DNA of 64,000 bases from NCBI GenBank assembly GCA_965153285.1, contig OZ229119.1; one strand, given 5' to 3'. A model generated the notes under the pieces. It did not search any database. It worked only from the letters and a program-made list of their open reading frames with translations, and was not told the origin of the DNA. A program made the position numbers and the translations under genes. Numbering within the stretch: the stretch's first letter is position 1; the number at the start of each line of letters is the position of its first letter. Below are positions 14,701 to 27,143 of this stretch, in pieces. The stretch comes from Podarcis tiliguerta. Its lineage: Eukaryota.

Positions 14701-15628
14701 ATGCACACACAACCTCATACAGTCAAGCTAGACAACACCCCTTTCTCTAGTTTTCAAAAATAATTGTCTCCGTTATTTGTACTTGTTCATTTCTACAGTT
14801 CATCCTTTATCTGTTTTGTTCCTTTAGGGCAGCCTCTGACTGTTTCAGAAAGAGTGCTGCTAGATCGTTTGCTGGTCTGCATGTGTTTCATTAAACCACT
14901 GCCAGTACTATTAATAGAAACAATTGTTTCTTTTGGAAATTTTGCATGGATGCTGCAATCTACTTTTCTGCTTTCCCCACTCAGCAGTGAACATGCTTAA
15001 TAACACAATCAGGAAAGTGATCTCATATGGATTCATTTGCAGCATGGGAGAGGGAGAGAGAGAGAGGGAGAGAGAGAGAAGCAAAGATCTCAAAATAATG
15101 GGAAACTGATTGATTTACTGAATGTGAAACAACTTTCCTGCAAGAGAACAGGAGAGCCTAATGTTTGAATGAAAACAAAAAATATTCCAGAGGTTTCACC
15201 TTTTACAAGCCTCAAGCTGTGCATTAAACAGGCTGCATCCATTTAGAGTGCAAAGGAACAGCTCCATATTAGCAGATCCTAGTAAAAGGCTCCCAGGCTA
15301 GTTTGAATTCAGATGATTCCTTGTACCTTTCTCCTCACACCCCCAGCCACAACCCCAGCACACCTAAAGCCAATCCACATTGCTTTCCCTCTCGCAGCTC
15401 CTGCAACGTAATAGTTTTCCTAAACCTAGGCATTAAAAACGTATTTTTTTAAATGGGAAGACCTAGAGATTCCATGTTATAATGAGATCCTAGAAAAAAT
15501 GGCATCATAAAGCAGCTACGGTTTGTGCTTCCCTTCAGCCCCCACCCCTCTTTTTTTAAGGAAAAGGAAAATGCTGCATGTTCTCAATGGCTTCTTCCCC
15601 CCTTGATGGAAACAAAGACTCACGTTAC

Positions 15629-16110
15629 CTTTCCCTCCACCTCCACAGGAGCAGCGGCGGCGGCGGCGGAGCAATTCAGATTTCAATCCCCCTCTTCCCA
15701 GAAAGAAAGCATCCCATTAAATCCAGTTTCCTCGGGCCTTTGGCCTAACAGACAGAGGCGGCGGCGGCAGCAGCATCCATTTGTGAGGACTCGCTGGCAT
15801 GGAGGCGCAGCCCTTTCTCTCGCTCGCTGCTGCTGCTGCTCTGCCCGCGTCTGCCAGGAGCGCTTTCCCTGGGCGACCACATCCCCGGCCCCGACGCTGC
15901 TGCTAACGGTCTCTCGGAGAGAGGGAGCCTGGCTCGACTCCAGAGCGCGCCGCCGCCACCGCCTCCATCCTCCGCAGCTCCGCCGGCCGGCCGGGGGGCG
16001 AGACACAAACACACAGGGCGGGAAGGAGGGAGGAAGGAGGGAGGAGGAGGCGGCGGCGGGGCCCGCGCTCGCCCAGCGGCTGAGATTCTGCGCGCGTCTC
16101 GCTGCGTCCT
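15629..16110 (-). other. Probable non-coding first exon (5' UTR) of an unidentified minus-strand gene; 5' boundary approximate
   Basis: Lies within the CpG island; ends at donor AAG|GTAACG (15629/15628) with a second GTGAGT donor 5 nt downstream; every ATG seen between 15968 and the donor closes before the donor. Confidence 0.6.
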
Positions 16111-16560
16111 GAGGCGGCTCGCGGAACTCGCCGGCGGGCGCGCCACTCGAGGACCCTCTCTCTCTCTCTCTCGCGGACCCGGCGGAGGCGCAAGGAGGCC
16201 GCGAGCAGCAGCCGGGGCCGGAGCGGAGGGAACCGCGAGGCCGAGCGGCCGGCGAGGCGCAGAGAGGCTCAGGCACCGCCACACACGCCCTTCAGCAAAA
16301 AAGGGCCGGGTTCTGGAATGGGAGCAGAAAAACAAAGAAAGGCGGCCACCTCGGCTTGCTGCTCTTCCCTCCGCTTTCCGGCGCAGGAGCCGCGGAGACT
16401 GAAGGAAGAAGGGCGAGACCGAGAGGGATCCCCCAGGAGGAATCCGGGGCTCGGCGGCTCCTTCCTTCGCGCACAAACCCCTCAGTCCTCGCTCGCCACC
16501 GCGGCCAGTCGGCTAGATGCGAGCTCCCCCTGGCCAGGGCATGCCAAGTCTCTCGGCTTT
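15650..16560. promoter_or_regulatory. CpG island / promoter
   Basis: Abrupt GC- and CpG-rich block with GGC/CGG repeats in an otherwise CpG-depleted window; not recognisable as a repeat. Confidence 0.9.
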
Positions 16561-17777
16561 TTACCTCGGTAACTAAAAGGGGCTGGTAGGTAGGAAAACC
16601 TTCGAAATGCTCTTCTGTCCGTGAATTCGTGTTCTGCCAGACAAGCAGCCCCAGGAAGTGGGAAAAGATCAAGGGTGGGGAAGCCATGGCCACATATTGC
16701 TGGACTGCAACTCCCATCCCTCCCGGCCCCAACCATTGGCCAACCATTCTTGCCACCCAAGCCAGATCCCGAACTCTTTGTGGCTGTGAAGAGTTGAGCT
16801 TTGAAGACATGTTGAAGCAAACATATAAGCAAGTTTGCTGAGTGTGAAAAGCAACTCAGATTTCTGTCAACCAGAATTAAAACAGCCTCGCTGATATGTG
16901 AGGGACTGATACCACCTGGACCGTCGTTGACTCTTTTTCAAGGTAATGCATCAAATTCTCATAGCCAACTCAGCAGTCGGGTATGAGAATCTGAGGCTGT
17001 CTTAAAATGCAAAGTCAAGTGAATTTTGAGGATAATAACCTTGACATGGTGGTGGGGTGATGGATTGTCTTTGCAGAGGTGGTAGCTGGTCTTGTAGATG
17101 ATTTTATATGGCAAAGTTAAAACTTCCAGAGCATGGCCTGAGACAGGAGGACATCGGCTGCAATTCTAGAGCCAGACCTCAGTCATAAAATAGGTGCAGC
17201 AGTAACCAAGGAAAGAGCACATCAAACCATGTGGAGAGAATTCATCCTTCACTGGCAAATAGAGCCTCTCCCTGCATATCTGGGCCTATGGGATAAGGCT
17301 TCCACATCACAGAATATGACTTGAATACATACTTGAGATTCTGCAATTGTCTAGAATTCAGCAGGTTACGATTGGATCTGCTGTTCAACCTTTTGAGCAC
17401 ATACTAAAATAATTACTGTATTGGCAAAACCAAAAGGACAATATTGGGGATGCGAATAAAACCCGTCCCTGGTAACACAGTGATCCCCTTTTAGCATCCG
17501 GTCCTTGTCTGCCTTTGCCCCACCTTTGGGGTCAGTTTTCTGGTCACGTTGGAGGGAGATAAGACGTTGGGTCATGCAGATGATTTCTCTTCCAGGCTGC
17601 CCACCCACTGCTGCAAGCGCAACTCATGCACCCACTCTGCCCCACTTGCTCAGCCATGCTGCTGCTCCGCCCCACTCACTCAACCCCAGCCACCACCACA
17701 GGTCCAGAGCCCTCGCCTGCTTCCACCCATCGCCACAAGCTCAGCTTGCTCAGCTGCTGCCTCTCTCTCTCTCTCTT

Positions 17778-19884
17778 TTTAAATAATATTTATTAGAAGT
17801 TTAAAAGTTACAGGAAAAAAACACAAGAAAAAAAGAGAGAGAAAAAGTAAAAAAATACATAAAAAGAGAACAAAAAACACAATACATCAAAACACAAAGA
17901 AAAAGAAAAACAATTAAAAACACATCTAATATTTATCCTTATCTTTCATTAACTTATTTCCTCAACCTCCTCACACCTCCCTTTTTTGTATTCCAGTTAT
18001 TAACTATATCAGCAAATCCTTTCCCTCTTTTACTGCTTTCTGTCATTTAATTATCTTAATTTATTTTAACCTTATCTTACCATCAAAACCTTAAAATTTA
18101 TTTATACTTAACTCCTTATAATGTTTCTACTGAAGTCATGTAATTTCATTCCAACATTTCCCAACGTTCATTAATTTTACAATATTTCTCTAAATAGATT
18201 TTTTAATTTTTTTTTCCAATCTTCTTCCACCGTCTCTTCTCCCTGGTCTCGGATTCTGTCAGTCCTTTCTATCAGTTCTATATAGCCCATCAACCTGGTG
18301 ATCTTCGAGGCTCTTAACTCTTCTCCATGTCCCTTCTGCAGGTCTTCTTCATATTTATGCGTACATTTTACTTCATCTTCTGCTGAGCTTGTTCTTAGTT
18401 TCCTTCCTTTGGTACCGAGGAGTAGGTCCCGGGGGAACTCCATCTTGACAGTTCCTTTATTCCTTCTCGACAGGTCAGCCCATACTCCATAGTCAGAACT
18501 AAAGTCCAAAAGATGTTTCAGGACATGTTCCAAAGTCCCTTCGAGGCTAAGGGCCTCCACAACTCCAATCTCCCCCTGGCCCAGATCCGAATCACAAAGT
18601 CCAGAGCATCCCTTCATAAGGGAGTCTGTCCAACTTTCCTTCTCCGATCCAAGCAGGACACCATCTCTCCAAATCTGACTTTCAAAATCAATCACACATG
18701 GCATCAACTTGTATCCATCAAATTGACTCTGTGAAGATGAGACCTTCACTTGTATTGCTTGGGATTCAGGAGCAGTTTTTTCCATCGTCTTCTCCACAGC
18801 TTGCCATTTCGAGATGGGTTCCTGAGTCAATGCCCGAATATTTTCTGTATAGATGTTCACTTTTTGTCCAAAATCAGTTGTTTTTTGTCCCAAATTGTCA
18901 ATTTTAATAATCATCACATCCGTCTTCTCATGAAGTTGTTCCAGTAAAGCACTTATCTTGCAAAATGCATTCACCAAGGCTTCTTGTTTTGACATTCTTG
19001 TCCAAGGTCACTTTATTTCTCACGGTCCTTGATTCTAACTGGAAAATTCCCCAGCTCCACTTCACTCCTGCAACAGTTTCAAAAGCTCCCTCTAGAGGAC
19101 ACAATTTCTATTTGTATCTGTCCTTTTAGACCCAGATCCAGTAACAAAGTTAATTTTCAATTTTCAGTTACTTTTTCTCCTTTTTAAGTGCAGAGGCAAA
19201 CAATGGAAACAATGTATATCTCTTATTTAGCTATCTGTCAGCATATGTTCTATTCCCAGTCAATGAGTTTTCCCAAACCGTCAAACTTACTGACAGCCCG
19301 GTCCCAGGTTCAAAACGGTGGTAATTTATCTCTCCTGCAGGCTTAAACAGTCCAAAAATTTTCCCCTCTTTTCCTGCTTCCAAGGGGGGTTTAATATTTT
19401 TGAATGATGAAAATTTAGTCCTTTACAAAGGGCTTTTCCCAGACTTTAGCTTGCGACGTCTTTGCTTTGATCTATTTACAAAAAGGAAGGCGGACTTCCT
19501 GTTTAGAACCTTCCCGCTTCAGTGCTGAATTACGATATTTGAAGATCCAATTTTCCGTTCTACTTACGAGTAGTTGTTTAAAGTCCAATTGTCCACAGGA
19601 AAAAGTCAGCGCTCTCCGGCAACAGCAATGCGGCTTCACTCCGTGAAAAAAGCAGTCGATTCGAAGCACCGCGCCGCTCACCCCACGTCGCTCCGGATCC
19701 CCGAAACCAGGTTTCCCCGCGAGTAGGGGAGGCGCAAAAGGTGCCAGCCGAATCCCAGGTCCACAGGCTTCTCCCGCCTGTGGTTTTTAGTGGGTCTCCG
19801 CCTCGCCGTGGCAGTCCAGACCCTAGTTTTTGCGGAGCGGGTTCCTCCAGATTAGAGGAAATCCACCATTGCCGGAGGTGCTAA
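17778..19884 (-). mobile_element. Internally deleted L1-derived element (~2.1 kb)
   Basis: CpG-rich 5' UTR starting acctccggcaatggtgg, one ORF, L1-type 3' UTR with AATAAA and A-tail, candidate TSD ctctctt. Confidence 0.7.
18177..18995 (-). CDS. 272-aa ORF of the L1-derived element (coiled-coil-like N-terminus; C-terminus like the end of L1 ORF2)
   Basis: ATG-initiated, uninterrupted ORF; C-terminal RLMGYIELIERTDRIRDQGEETVEEDWKK resembles the end of squamate L1 ORF2. Confidence 0.5.
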   Translation of the reverse strand: MSKQEALVNAFCKISALLEQLHEKTDVMIIKIDNLGQKTTDFGQKVNIYTENIRALTQEPISKWQAVEKTMEKTAPESQAIQVKVSSSQSQFDGYKLMPCVIDFESQIWRDGVLLGSEKESWTDSLMKGCSGLCDSDLGQGEIGVVEALSLEGTLEHVLKHLLDFSSDYGVWADLSRRNKGTVKMEFPRDLLLGTKGRKLRTSSAEDEVKCTHKYEEDLQKGHGEELRASKITRLMGYIELIERTDRIRDQGEETVEEDWKKKLKNLFREIL

Positions 19885-20399
19885 CCTCTCTTGCTCCCTT
19901 CACCCCATGCCGTCTCCTTCCTTGCTCCCTCACCCCCCTTGCCTGCCTCAGCCTGGAGCATGCGTAATCCATTGCCAGCGGGACAACAGACTAATACAAA
20001 TAGCACAGAGAGAAATATTACAATGGATTCAGGAAGATTCTAAAAGCACCAATCATAAATCTTAAATGCTGAAGTTTTGCTTCAGAGTAAAATATTTTCT
20101 CTTCTTTGTGTCATGTCTGTAATCTAGATTGGTTCTAGAGACTGCTGTCCAAAAGGGGTGGCTGCAGTTACTTGATAGGCATTTGAAAATCCTCTCCTTG
20201 ATTAAGTCATCCATGCCCTTTTCTCTCTGTGCTGAATGAAGAAAGAAGCTATGACTATGACCTTGCTATATGCTCACCCACAATGTCATTGTCCTCATTG
20301 CTTGCACAGCCTACTTCTGCTCTCAGATGGACCCACTGCAGGGTAACGCAGAATCAATCTGCAATGAACTTTTTTGGTAAAAACAAACAAACAACCCCA

Positions 20400-21700
20400 C
20401 AATTTTTATTGCTTTTTAAACAAATACAATAACCATTAAACATTTATCTAGCAGTACCTCTAATGGTGTGTGTTTTATCCATTGTCTCTAGACCTACACC
20501 TAAGCATCCAGCATTCAAACATTCCAATGTAACCTCTCCACTGAGAATATTGAGCAATTGGTACTGCATAAGAAGGTCTTGATTTTGGTCATTAACATAG
20601 CTAAAGAAAGGGGTCCACGTTTCTCTATACGTTATGCCTTCAATTGCCCTCCTGTGTCTAGTGCAGGCTTCCTCAACCTCGGCGCTCCAGATGTTTTGAG
20701 ACTACAATTCCCATCATCCCTGACCATTGGTCCTGCTAGCTAGGGATCATGGGAGTTGGGTGTCAAAAACATCTGGAGGGCCAGAGGAAGCCTGGTTGAG
20801 TGAGACTCTCAGACATTGCTGTATCCCAGATATTATTTCCCCCTATGCTCAGGGGTATTTCAGCCTGGTTCTTCCATTGCTGAGCTATCACTAATTGTGC
20901 TGCGGTCAGTAAGAAGCCTACTAGTTCACTGTGGCACAGGGGGGAGCCTAAATCTATTTCCAAAGATAGTAGGGCTAAGGCAGGATTTGGAGAAAGGGGT
21001 TGCCCTGTAATTGCGGATATAATGGAAATTACTCTCTTCCAAAAGTTTTTAACATAAGGGCATTCCCACCAAACATGAATAACTGAACCAAGCTTTCCAC
21101 AGCCTTCCAATATAAAGGGGAAAGAGAGGGATTACTTTTTGCCAGCCTGACTGGCATCCAGTGCCATCAGAGGATGACCTTGAGGGAGGCCTCTTCTTAG
21201 CGAGCTGAGATGGTTTAGAACGGGGAGTAGTCCAGTGCCTTTCAGTTGGGTGGCCTACATCTGATTCCTATACAACTGAAGGCTTCTAGCACCCCCACCT
21301 GCACTTCCTGATCTAATAGATTGCTGTATATTTGGGAAGCGGCACCTTTCAGGCCATATGCTGGCCTGCTGCATAAGGATTCAAACAAGGGAAGTGTCTG
21401 TAGCCCTGCACTCCAAACGAAGTGCAAAAGAATGAGTCTGAGCTACCTGAAACCAGGTAGTATGAGTGTCTTTTAATTTACCTTGCAATTTCTCTTGGAA
21501 AATTATATGGATTGTGTAAATGCCTACATCCTCTCAATCCTTGAACAGTTGATAGTTATTTGTGTATCTAAAAGCTGGATGATTCAGGAATGGGACCACT
21601 GGTGAAGGGCCACTGTTTTGCTCCATGTTCTCCACACCATCAGTACTGATCTAGTAAATGGATTGTCTATTTTCCTTACCTCCTTTCAAGGACAAAGGTA
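20400..21700 (-). mobile_element. L1 LINE 3' fragment, degraded; right boundary approximate
   Basis: GCGKLGSVIHVWWECPYVKNFWKRV...LLTAAQLVIAQQWK is the L1 ORF2 C-terminal Cys-rich domain; AATAAA and A-tail near 20405 on the minus strand. Confidence 0.8.
20664..20794. mobile_element. Palindromic hAT MITE inserted in the L1 fragment
   Basis: caggcttcctc...gaggaagcctg TIRs; ctccagatgttt/aaacatctggag inverted core; TSD gtctagtg/gttgagtg. Confidence 0.8.
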
Positions 21701-22044
21701 AGAAGAGGTAGCCTCTCATTGAAGGTGTCAAAGGCACCATGTCAAGTTGGACCCAAGGGTCCTGTGTTCTTCTGCTGAGCAATGGGATCAAGGATTTGAT
21801 TTGAAAAGCAGCATAGTTACAGCAGTAATTCCCCATTCTGTGCCATGTGGGACTGGATGCTGCGAGGCAAATTACCAAAAACTAAAGTTTCCTGTGAAGC
21901 CAAATTTCATCCCTACCCCATTGAGGAGGCTGCCTGTTGCCACCTCCATAATTCCTGTGCTCTAACATGATCTCCTTCCATTCAGTCTCCACTGGGCGAT
22001 TCTGGCATGGTGTCTCAACATCAGATATGAGCTGAAGACTCAGT

Positions 22045-22196
22045 TGTAAGAACCGTTTGACAGTGGAATGGACTCTCTCAGAAGCTGGTGGAATCTCCTT
22101 CATTGGAGGTTTTTAAGCTGAGGTTGGATGGCTATCTGTCATGGATGCTTTAGTGGAGATTCCTGCCTTGCAGTAGGTTGGACTAGATGACCCTTG
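22045..22196 (+). mobile_element. CR1 LINE 3' fragment
   Basis: cagtggaat...tctccttcattggaggtttttaag...ggttggactagatgaccc is the CR1 ORF2 end and 3' UTR. Confidence 0.8.
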
Positions 22197-24306
22197 CCTT
22201 GTGGTTGTCTGAAGTGACACAAACCATCAGCTTGGTGAAACACCACAGCAATTCTATTGTTCTAATAGAATTACCTGCTCATAGAGGCACACACAAGAGA
22301 AACACAGCGGATGGGGTTTTCTAGGGTGGATCATTCTTATTCTTACACATCCTAAGAGTCAACTTTTGTGGATGTAAAAGAAAAGTATGCCTCCAATTTT
22401 TTATTCTGAAAAATTAACGATGCCTCCTCTAGCAGAACTCTGGAAAATGTTGCTTTCAAGTGTGTAGAGTCTAGAGGAAAGCAAGTTCTGACAAGGCAGA
22501 AAATAAGCCAGGGGAAACTGCAGCTTCCGGGCATTCCTACAGCACCACAAACTTGTCTTGAAGAAGATGGAAAGATGGTGAGATCAAATAAGAAGGGATG
22601 GCATTGCAGAAATGGAGGTGAGAGAAATGGATTAGTCAATCCTGGCTGCTTGGAACCATAAGGGGATAATGGGCAGCATTTTCTCTCTGACAACTGGGGC
22701 TAAGAAATGTCCTAAACCTGGGACTTGCAAAAGTGTCTGGGCATGCAATGATAAGAAAAGCTGAGCTACCCTTAATTCTGCACGATGGGTACATCCACAA
22801 TTATTAGCCAAGCTGAACAGAATATTCAGCCTCATATGAAATGTGTTCGTTCATATATGCTTTGATTGCCAAAACATGGGAGTAAATAATTAGTGAATGC
22901 ATCATTCCAAACTATGATCTGAAATGTCCCTTATGGGCTGCTTCCAGAGACGGGCTAAGTGAACAATTGGTCTGACCTACTGTGACAGTTCTAACATTCT
23001 TATGTTTCATTCAGTCCTGACTTATGATCAATTGCGCTTTTGAGATTCTTAAATAGAGAGCCCAAAGCAGCAACCCAGAAACCACAGACAGCTCACTCAA
23101 AAATGCAAAGCGGAATCAGTCATAAAAGGCACCTAATTTGTGTAATGAAATCCAGCCAAGATGACCTGTAAACAACAGAGGGGATAAAACCTATAAAATA
23201 CTAAGTGTCATTGCACACTGTATTTCAAACTAGATGTAACTTCAAGTCAGCTGAATTGTTCTCAAGATGTTCCCAGTTAGCTCTCAGGAAACAGTGTTTA
23301 GAGTCAGCAAAGGCTTTCTTTTTTAACCCGCCTCCTCAACTAGTTCCCAGGGCAATCTCCTGTGCAGGAATGGTGGGAACAGAGAAAGGATTTGGTCTTC
23401 GATGAAATACGCCTCCAGGGCTTCAGCTCAATTTTCACACAGAGTACACTTAAAATAATCTCTAAAAGCCAGCGGGAGAAGTCAACGCAATAACTCCTCC
23501 ATTCATTAGAGTTAGAAAAGTGTGGTTTTGGCAGCATGCTGTACTGTTCGATAGGCACATTAAACAGAGCTGGGATGTCTATAACTCATGCTCAGTGTGA
23601 GGCAGCAGAATATTTAATAGGGGGAAATGCTGGGATTTTGTCCCATTGACCCTGGAAAGTGGGGCCTCGTGCAACACATATACATTTTGTCCTTTCTAAG
23701 GTGCTCTCCTATTCAGCACAGTTGCCTTAGAAGGCTGAAAAGAGCAAACTATCCTATTATGGGATTCTTCTTCTTCTTCTTAGCCTGTCACTTTGAGTGT
23801 TTGAAATGAACTTTACAGGAAACCATTTTTGTGTGGAAAATGGTATATACATTTTGCTGAGAGATCCTCACCCACTGCATATATATATAAAGGTCTCAGC
23901 TCTAAAACTATCACTATTCTCAGTCCTTCTATAAGTTGAACAAATTCATGTTGGCTGTGATTGTATTTTCATTTTCATTTGCAAGAGTTTAATAGAAGAT
24001 TGTTCCAGTTTTACAAGGTAATCACCACAGGATTGCCTACAGTAAATCCCCACAGAGTGTAATCAGGACAGGCTTTCCCTGAAAACATTTTTCTGACCCC
24101 AAAAGACCACAGTCCTATGTATAATTGCATGCACACTAGTCTGGAAGTGTACTTAGGAAAAGACTGAGTGTATGCACTGAACCACAGCCCATTCAACCTA
24201 ACACCTTAAAACAGCTATCCAAATTACAGGACATTATGATTGCCAAACCTTGTTTCAGTAGAGCTCTTGAGTAACCGTTTGCTTGTCTGAGAACATTTGA
24301 AATGGT

Positions 24307-24602
24307 AGTTATAGGAATTTTGTTTTTAAAAGCATTGCAAAACCGGGGGCGGCAGCGCTCCATATAGCTGATAACTGTATCACATTTCTAACACCTGTAT
24401 CCGAGAATTGGAGATGGGGGTAAGGGAGGCAGACAGTGTGATTACTTCCTATAGTTGTGTCATCCCCTCCCAGCCGTTTCATAGATACAGACATTGACAC
24501 TGCAGTGTTGGGGGAGATGACTATGTTAGTGAAGTTTGCCAATCACAGGGTCACCCAGACAGTATTCCAGAATCTTTGTTCCCAGTTCAGCTCGGCTGAA
24601 CA
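24307..24602 (-). mobile_element. Short solo LTR nested in the Copia fossil
   Basis: Minus strand begins tgttcagccg and ends cctataac(t); flanks tggt/tgga; Copia-like coding residues on both sides. Confidence 0.5.
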
Positions 24603-24688
24603 TGGATATGTTTGCAAGATGAAGCAAACTTCCAACTATACTTCTGAATTTGTCAGCATCCTCAGGCTCCTTTTTTCATCATATTGTT

Positions 24689-25457
24689 TGTGGTTCGAGG
24701 ACCCCCAACCCCCGTGAGGTGGAAATAAACACACAAGGACGCGTGGTATAAGGTTTATGGGCATGGAAAAGGCCACAACTTTATTGGTTACTGCAATGCA
24801 AAGGTATTGGCTTAGGCATTGGATGACCACAGCAGAGGGGTTGAATCATCAGTAGGGTAGGCGGAGCCAGTTGATGCCTATCCAACTATAGGCTCACCCC
24901 TGATGTCACCGGGGTCGTGCCATGGCCTCCAGCCAAGCAGGCATCGGACAGAATACACGACCGCCGGATTCCTTTAACGGAATACCCAAATCGAAGGCGT
25001 AGGCGATGGCCACACCTAGCCTTCCCACACAGCATAACACCCAAATCCAATGCCTAACCTACCCACCAATACCACAAAAGTTGTGACGATTGCTACGAGG
25101 TAGGCGAAAAAACCTATAGGCCTAATGCCAACAGGAAAAACTCCTACCAGGCCCCCAGACAACCGGGCGACCAACCTAAGGTCCATAGCAAGGCCAGAAG
25201 AAAACTTGAGCCCTGAGCTAGAGGGAGTGGAGGGTGGGTGACTCTCGAAGCAGCGACGTAGAAAGAGGCTGAGGAGGGGGCCGGCCCCAGCATATATACT
25301 AAGGTCAAGCCCTCCCCCTCTACGGGCGGCTCCAGGTGGGAGCCGCCTCCTGGGCGTGAGGCACCGGCCAGGTGAGCCGGAAGAAGCAGGGGCTCCCGCC
25401 CCTGCGTGGGCGGGGTTGGAGCTCCCGTCCACAACCACTCCCCTCCCTTCTGGGAGG
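24689..25457 (-). mobile_element. 3' LTR (24689-25433) with polypurine tract, Gypsy/ERV-like
   Basis: tgtgg...ccaca termini; minus-strand TATA (tatatatg) and AATAAA; PPT agaagggaggggagtggt directly upstream; CpG-rich, so probably young. Confidence 0.75.
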
Positions 25458-26850
25458 AGAGTCTTTCTGGTACTCTATAGTCACTGGAGTAGCAACCGGC
25501 TTACAAGTTTCCATGCCATTGTACTCCAGCAGATCCTGAATTTTACTGCTTTGGCTGATCAGAAAGAGTCTTATTTCTCTCTTTCTATCTATGTGCTCAG
25601 ATATTTTTTCACTAACCCTATATCCTTGATCTCAAAATGTGCTTTTAAACCTTCTTCAAAAAATTCTTTCTGTTTATCTGAACCATATATCAGCAGATCA
25701 TCAACATACAACCAAATGACTAATTCAATCACCATAATTACAAATATGCAAAAAATTATTAGCTTTGCTTTGCTCAAATTTAAGACCTCTCAACAGTTTT
25801 TGATTCTAGAATTTAGCTGCTTGCTTAAAACCATAAATGGCCCTTCTTAGTCTTCACAGGTAGTTTACAATCAGGGCCAGCAACTTGAATGAAGTTGAAT
25901 TGAGTGTTGGACTATTGCTGAAATGAGCAGCAGAAAAGGAAATGAAGTTTTCACATTTTGTCATCAAAAGTGACCTCTATGGTGACCTAGAAGAAGAAAC
26001 TTACATGGTTCAACCACAGGGTTTTGTGAAAGACCTGGGTTTGGTGTGTAAACTGACAGTATGCACTAACAGGTAGTTAAAAATATTTTAAATAACTATA
26101 TCTATGTAATAATGCTTTGTTTTTATCTAGTGCAAAGTCTGCACTGAATGAGCTGCAGGAAGCATTAGGGTCACACATCCACCCCTTTCCTCATCCTTTG
26201 TGTGCAGGGGAGGGAGACTGAAAGAATCCACTTTTGATCTCAAATAAGTGGCATTTTCCTGCTACGCTGGAATTCAGAAAGCTGACTCTTATAACTCTAC
26301 TTGGCTCCAACAAGCCAGAATCAAACCATAGTTTCAGAACTTACTTTGCTCACTACTAGCCATGCTTAGAATAAAACCAAGTTTCCTAAATGCAGTCTAT
26401 GGTGAATTCAAAACCAAAAGTGAAAATTTTCCATTTCCTTCCTGACACATAATGAAGAAGCAGTAGTGAGGGTGCAAGCCCAGGGTCATTTTTCTAATTC
26501 TAAACCATGATTTAGCATTATACCCAAACTAGGCTTCAAAAATCCATAAAACTACTAAAAAATCCATAAAGCTACTGTCAATACCATTATCCTCATTCTT
26601 CAAATGGGGTGTAGAAGAAGCCTGAAAGATGGTGGCCTGCCTAAGGATTTTAATAGACTTCTTGGCTCACAGCTCATACTCTAAATCACCACAATACCCC
26701 AGCTTCATTTGCATTGGAAGGTCAGCATGTGCATTATATGTATGTACATGTTAGAAATGCTTTAAAAGGTTTCTAATTTTAATTATTCATTTTTATTTGT
26801 CGAGTATACAGATTTATACCTGTGATGGGAAATCCCTCCCATTTTCTATA

Positions 26851-27081
26851 CAGTGGTACCTCAGGTTACAGATGTTTCAGGTTACAGACGCTTCAGGTTA
26901 CAGACTCCGCTAACCCAGAAATAGTATCTCGGGTTAAGAACTTTGCTTCAGGATGAGAACAGAAATCGTGTGGCGGCGGCAGGAGGCCCCCTTAGCTAAA
27001 GTGGTACCTCAGGTTAAGAACAGTTTCAGGTTAAGAATGGACCTCCAGAACGAATTAAGTTCTTAACCCGAGGTACCACTG
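26851..27081. mobile_element. Tc1/mariner (Tigger-like) MITE
   Basis: TIR cagtggtacctc / gaggtaccactg, TA TSD, internal caggttacaga repeats. Confidence 0.9.
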
Positions 27082-27143
27082 TATAGTAAATCACATTAAA
27101 ACCCCCATCTCCAAGCAGTGCAAGATTTCAGGGGTTCCAGGTG

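Larger units (their letters stand above)
24190..26055 (-). mobile_element. Ty1/Copia reverse transcriptase fossil, interrupted by two LTRs and with an inverted segment
   Basis: Motifs LYGDLEEETYMVQPQGF..VCKL (+ strand), then AIYGFKQA, LYVDDLLIYG, CKPVATP and FRSIVGSLLHLA (- strand). Confidence 0.85.

Noticed and set aside
497-15100. Numerous 60-165 aa ORFs in the ORF track
   Set aside because: Many start at non-ATG codons, none shows recognisable homology outside transposon remnants, and lengths fit chance ORFs in non-coding DNA
15525-16810. Long overlapping ORFs (172-243 aa) in several frames
   Set aside because: Expected from stop-codon scarcity in a GC-rich CpG island; low-complexity Ala/Arg/Pro translations with no recognisable domain
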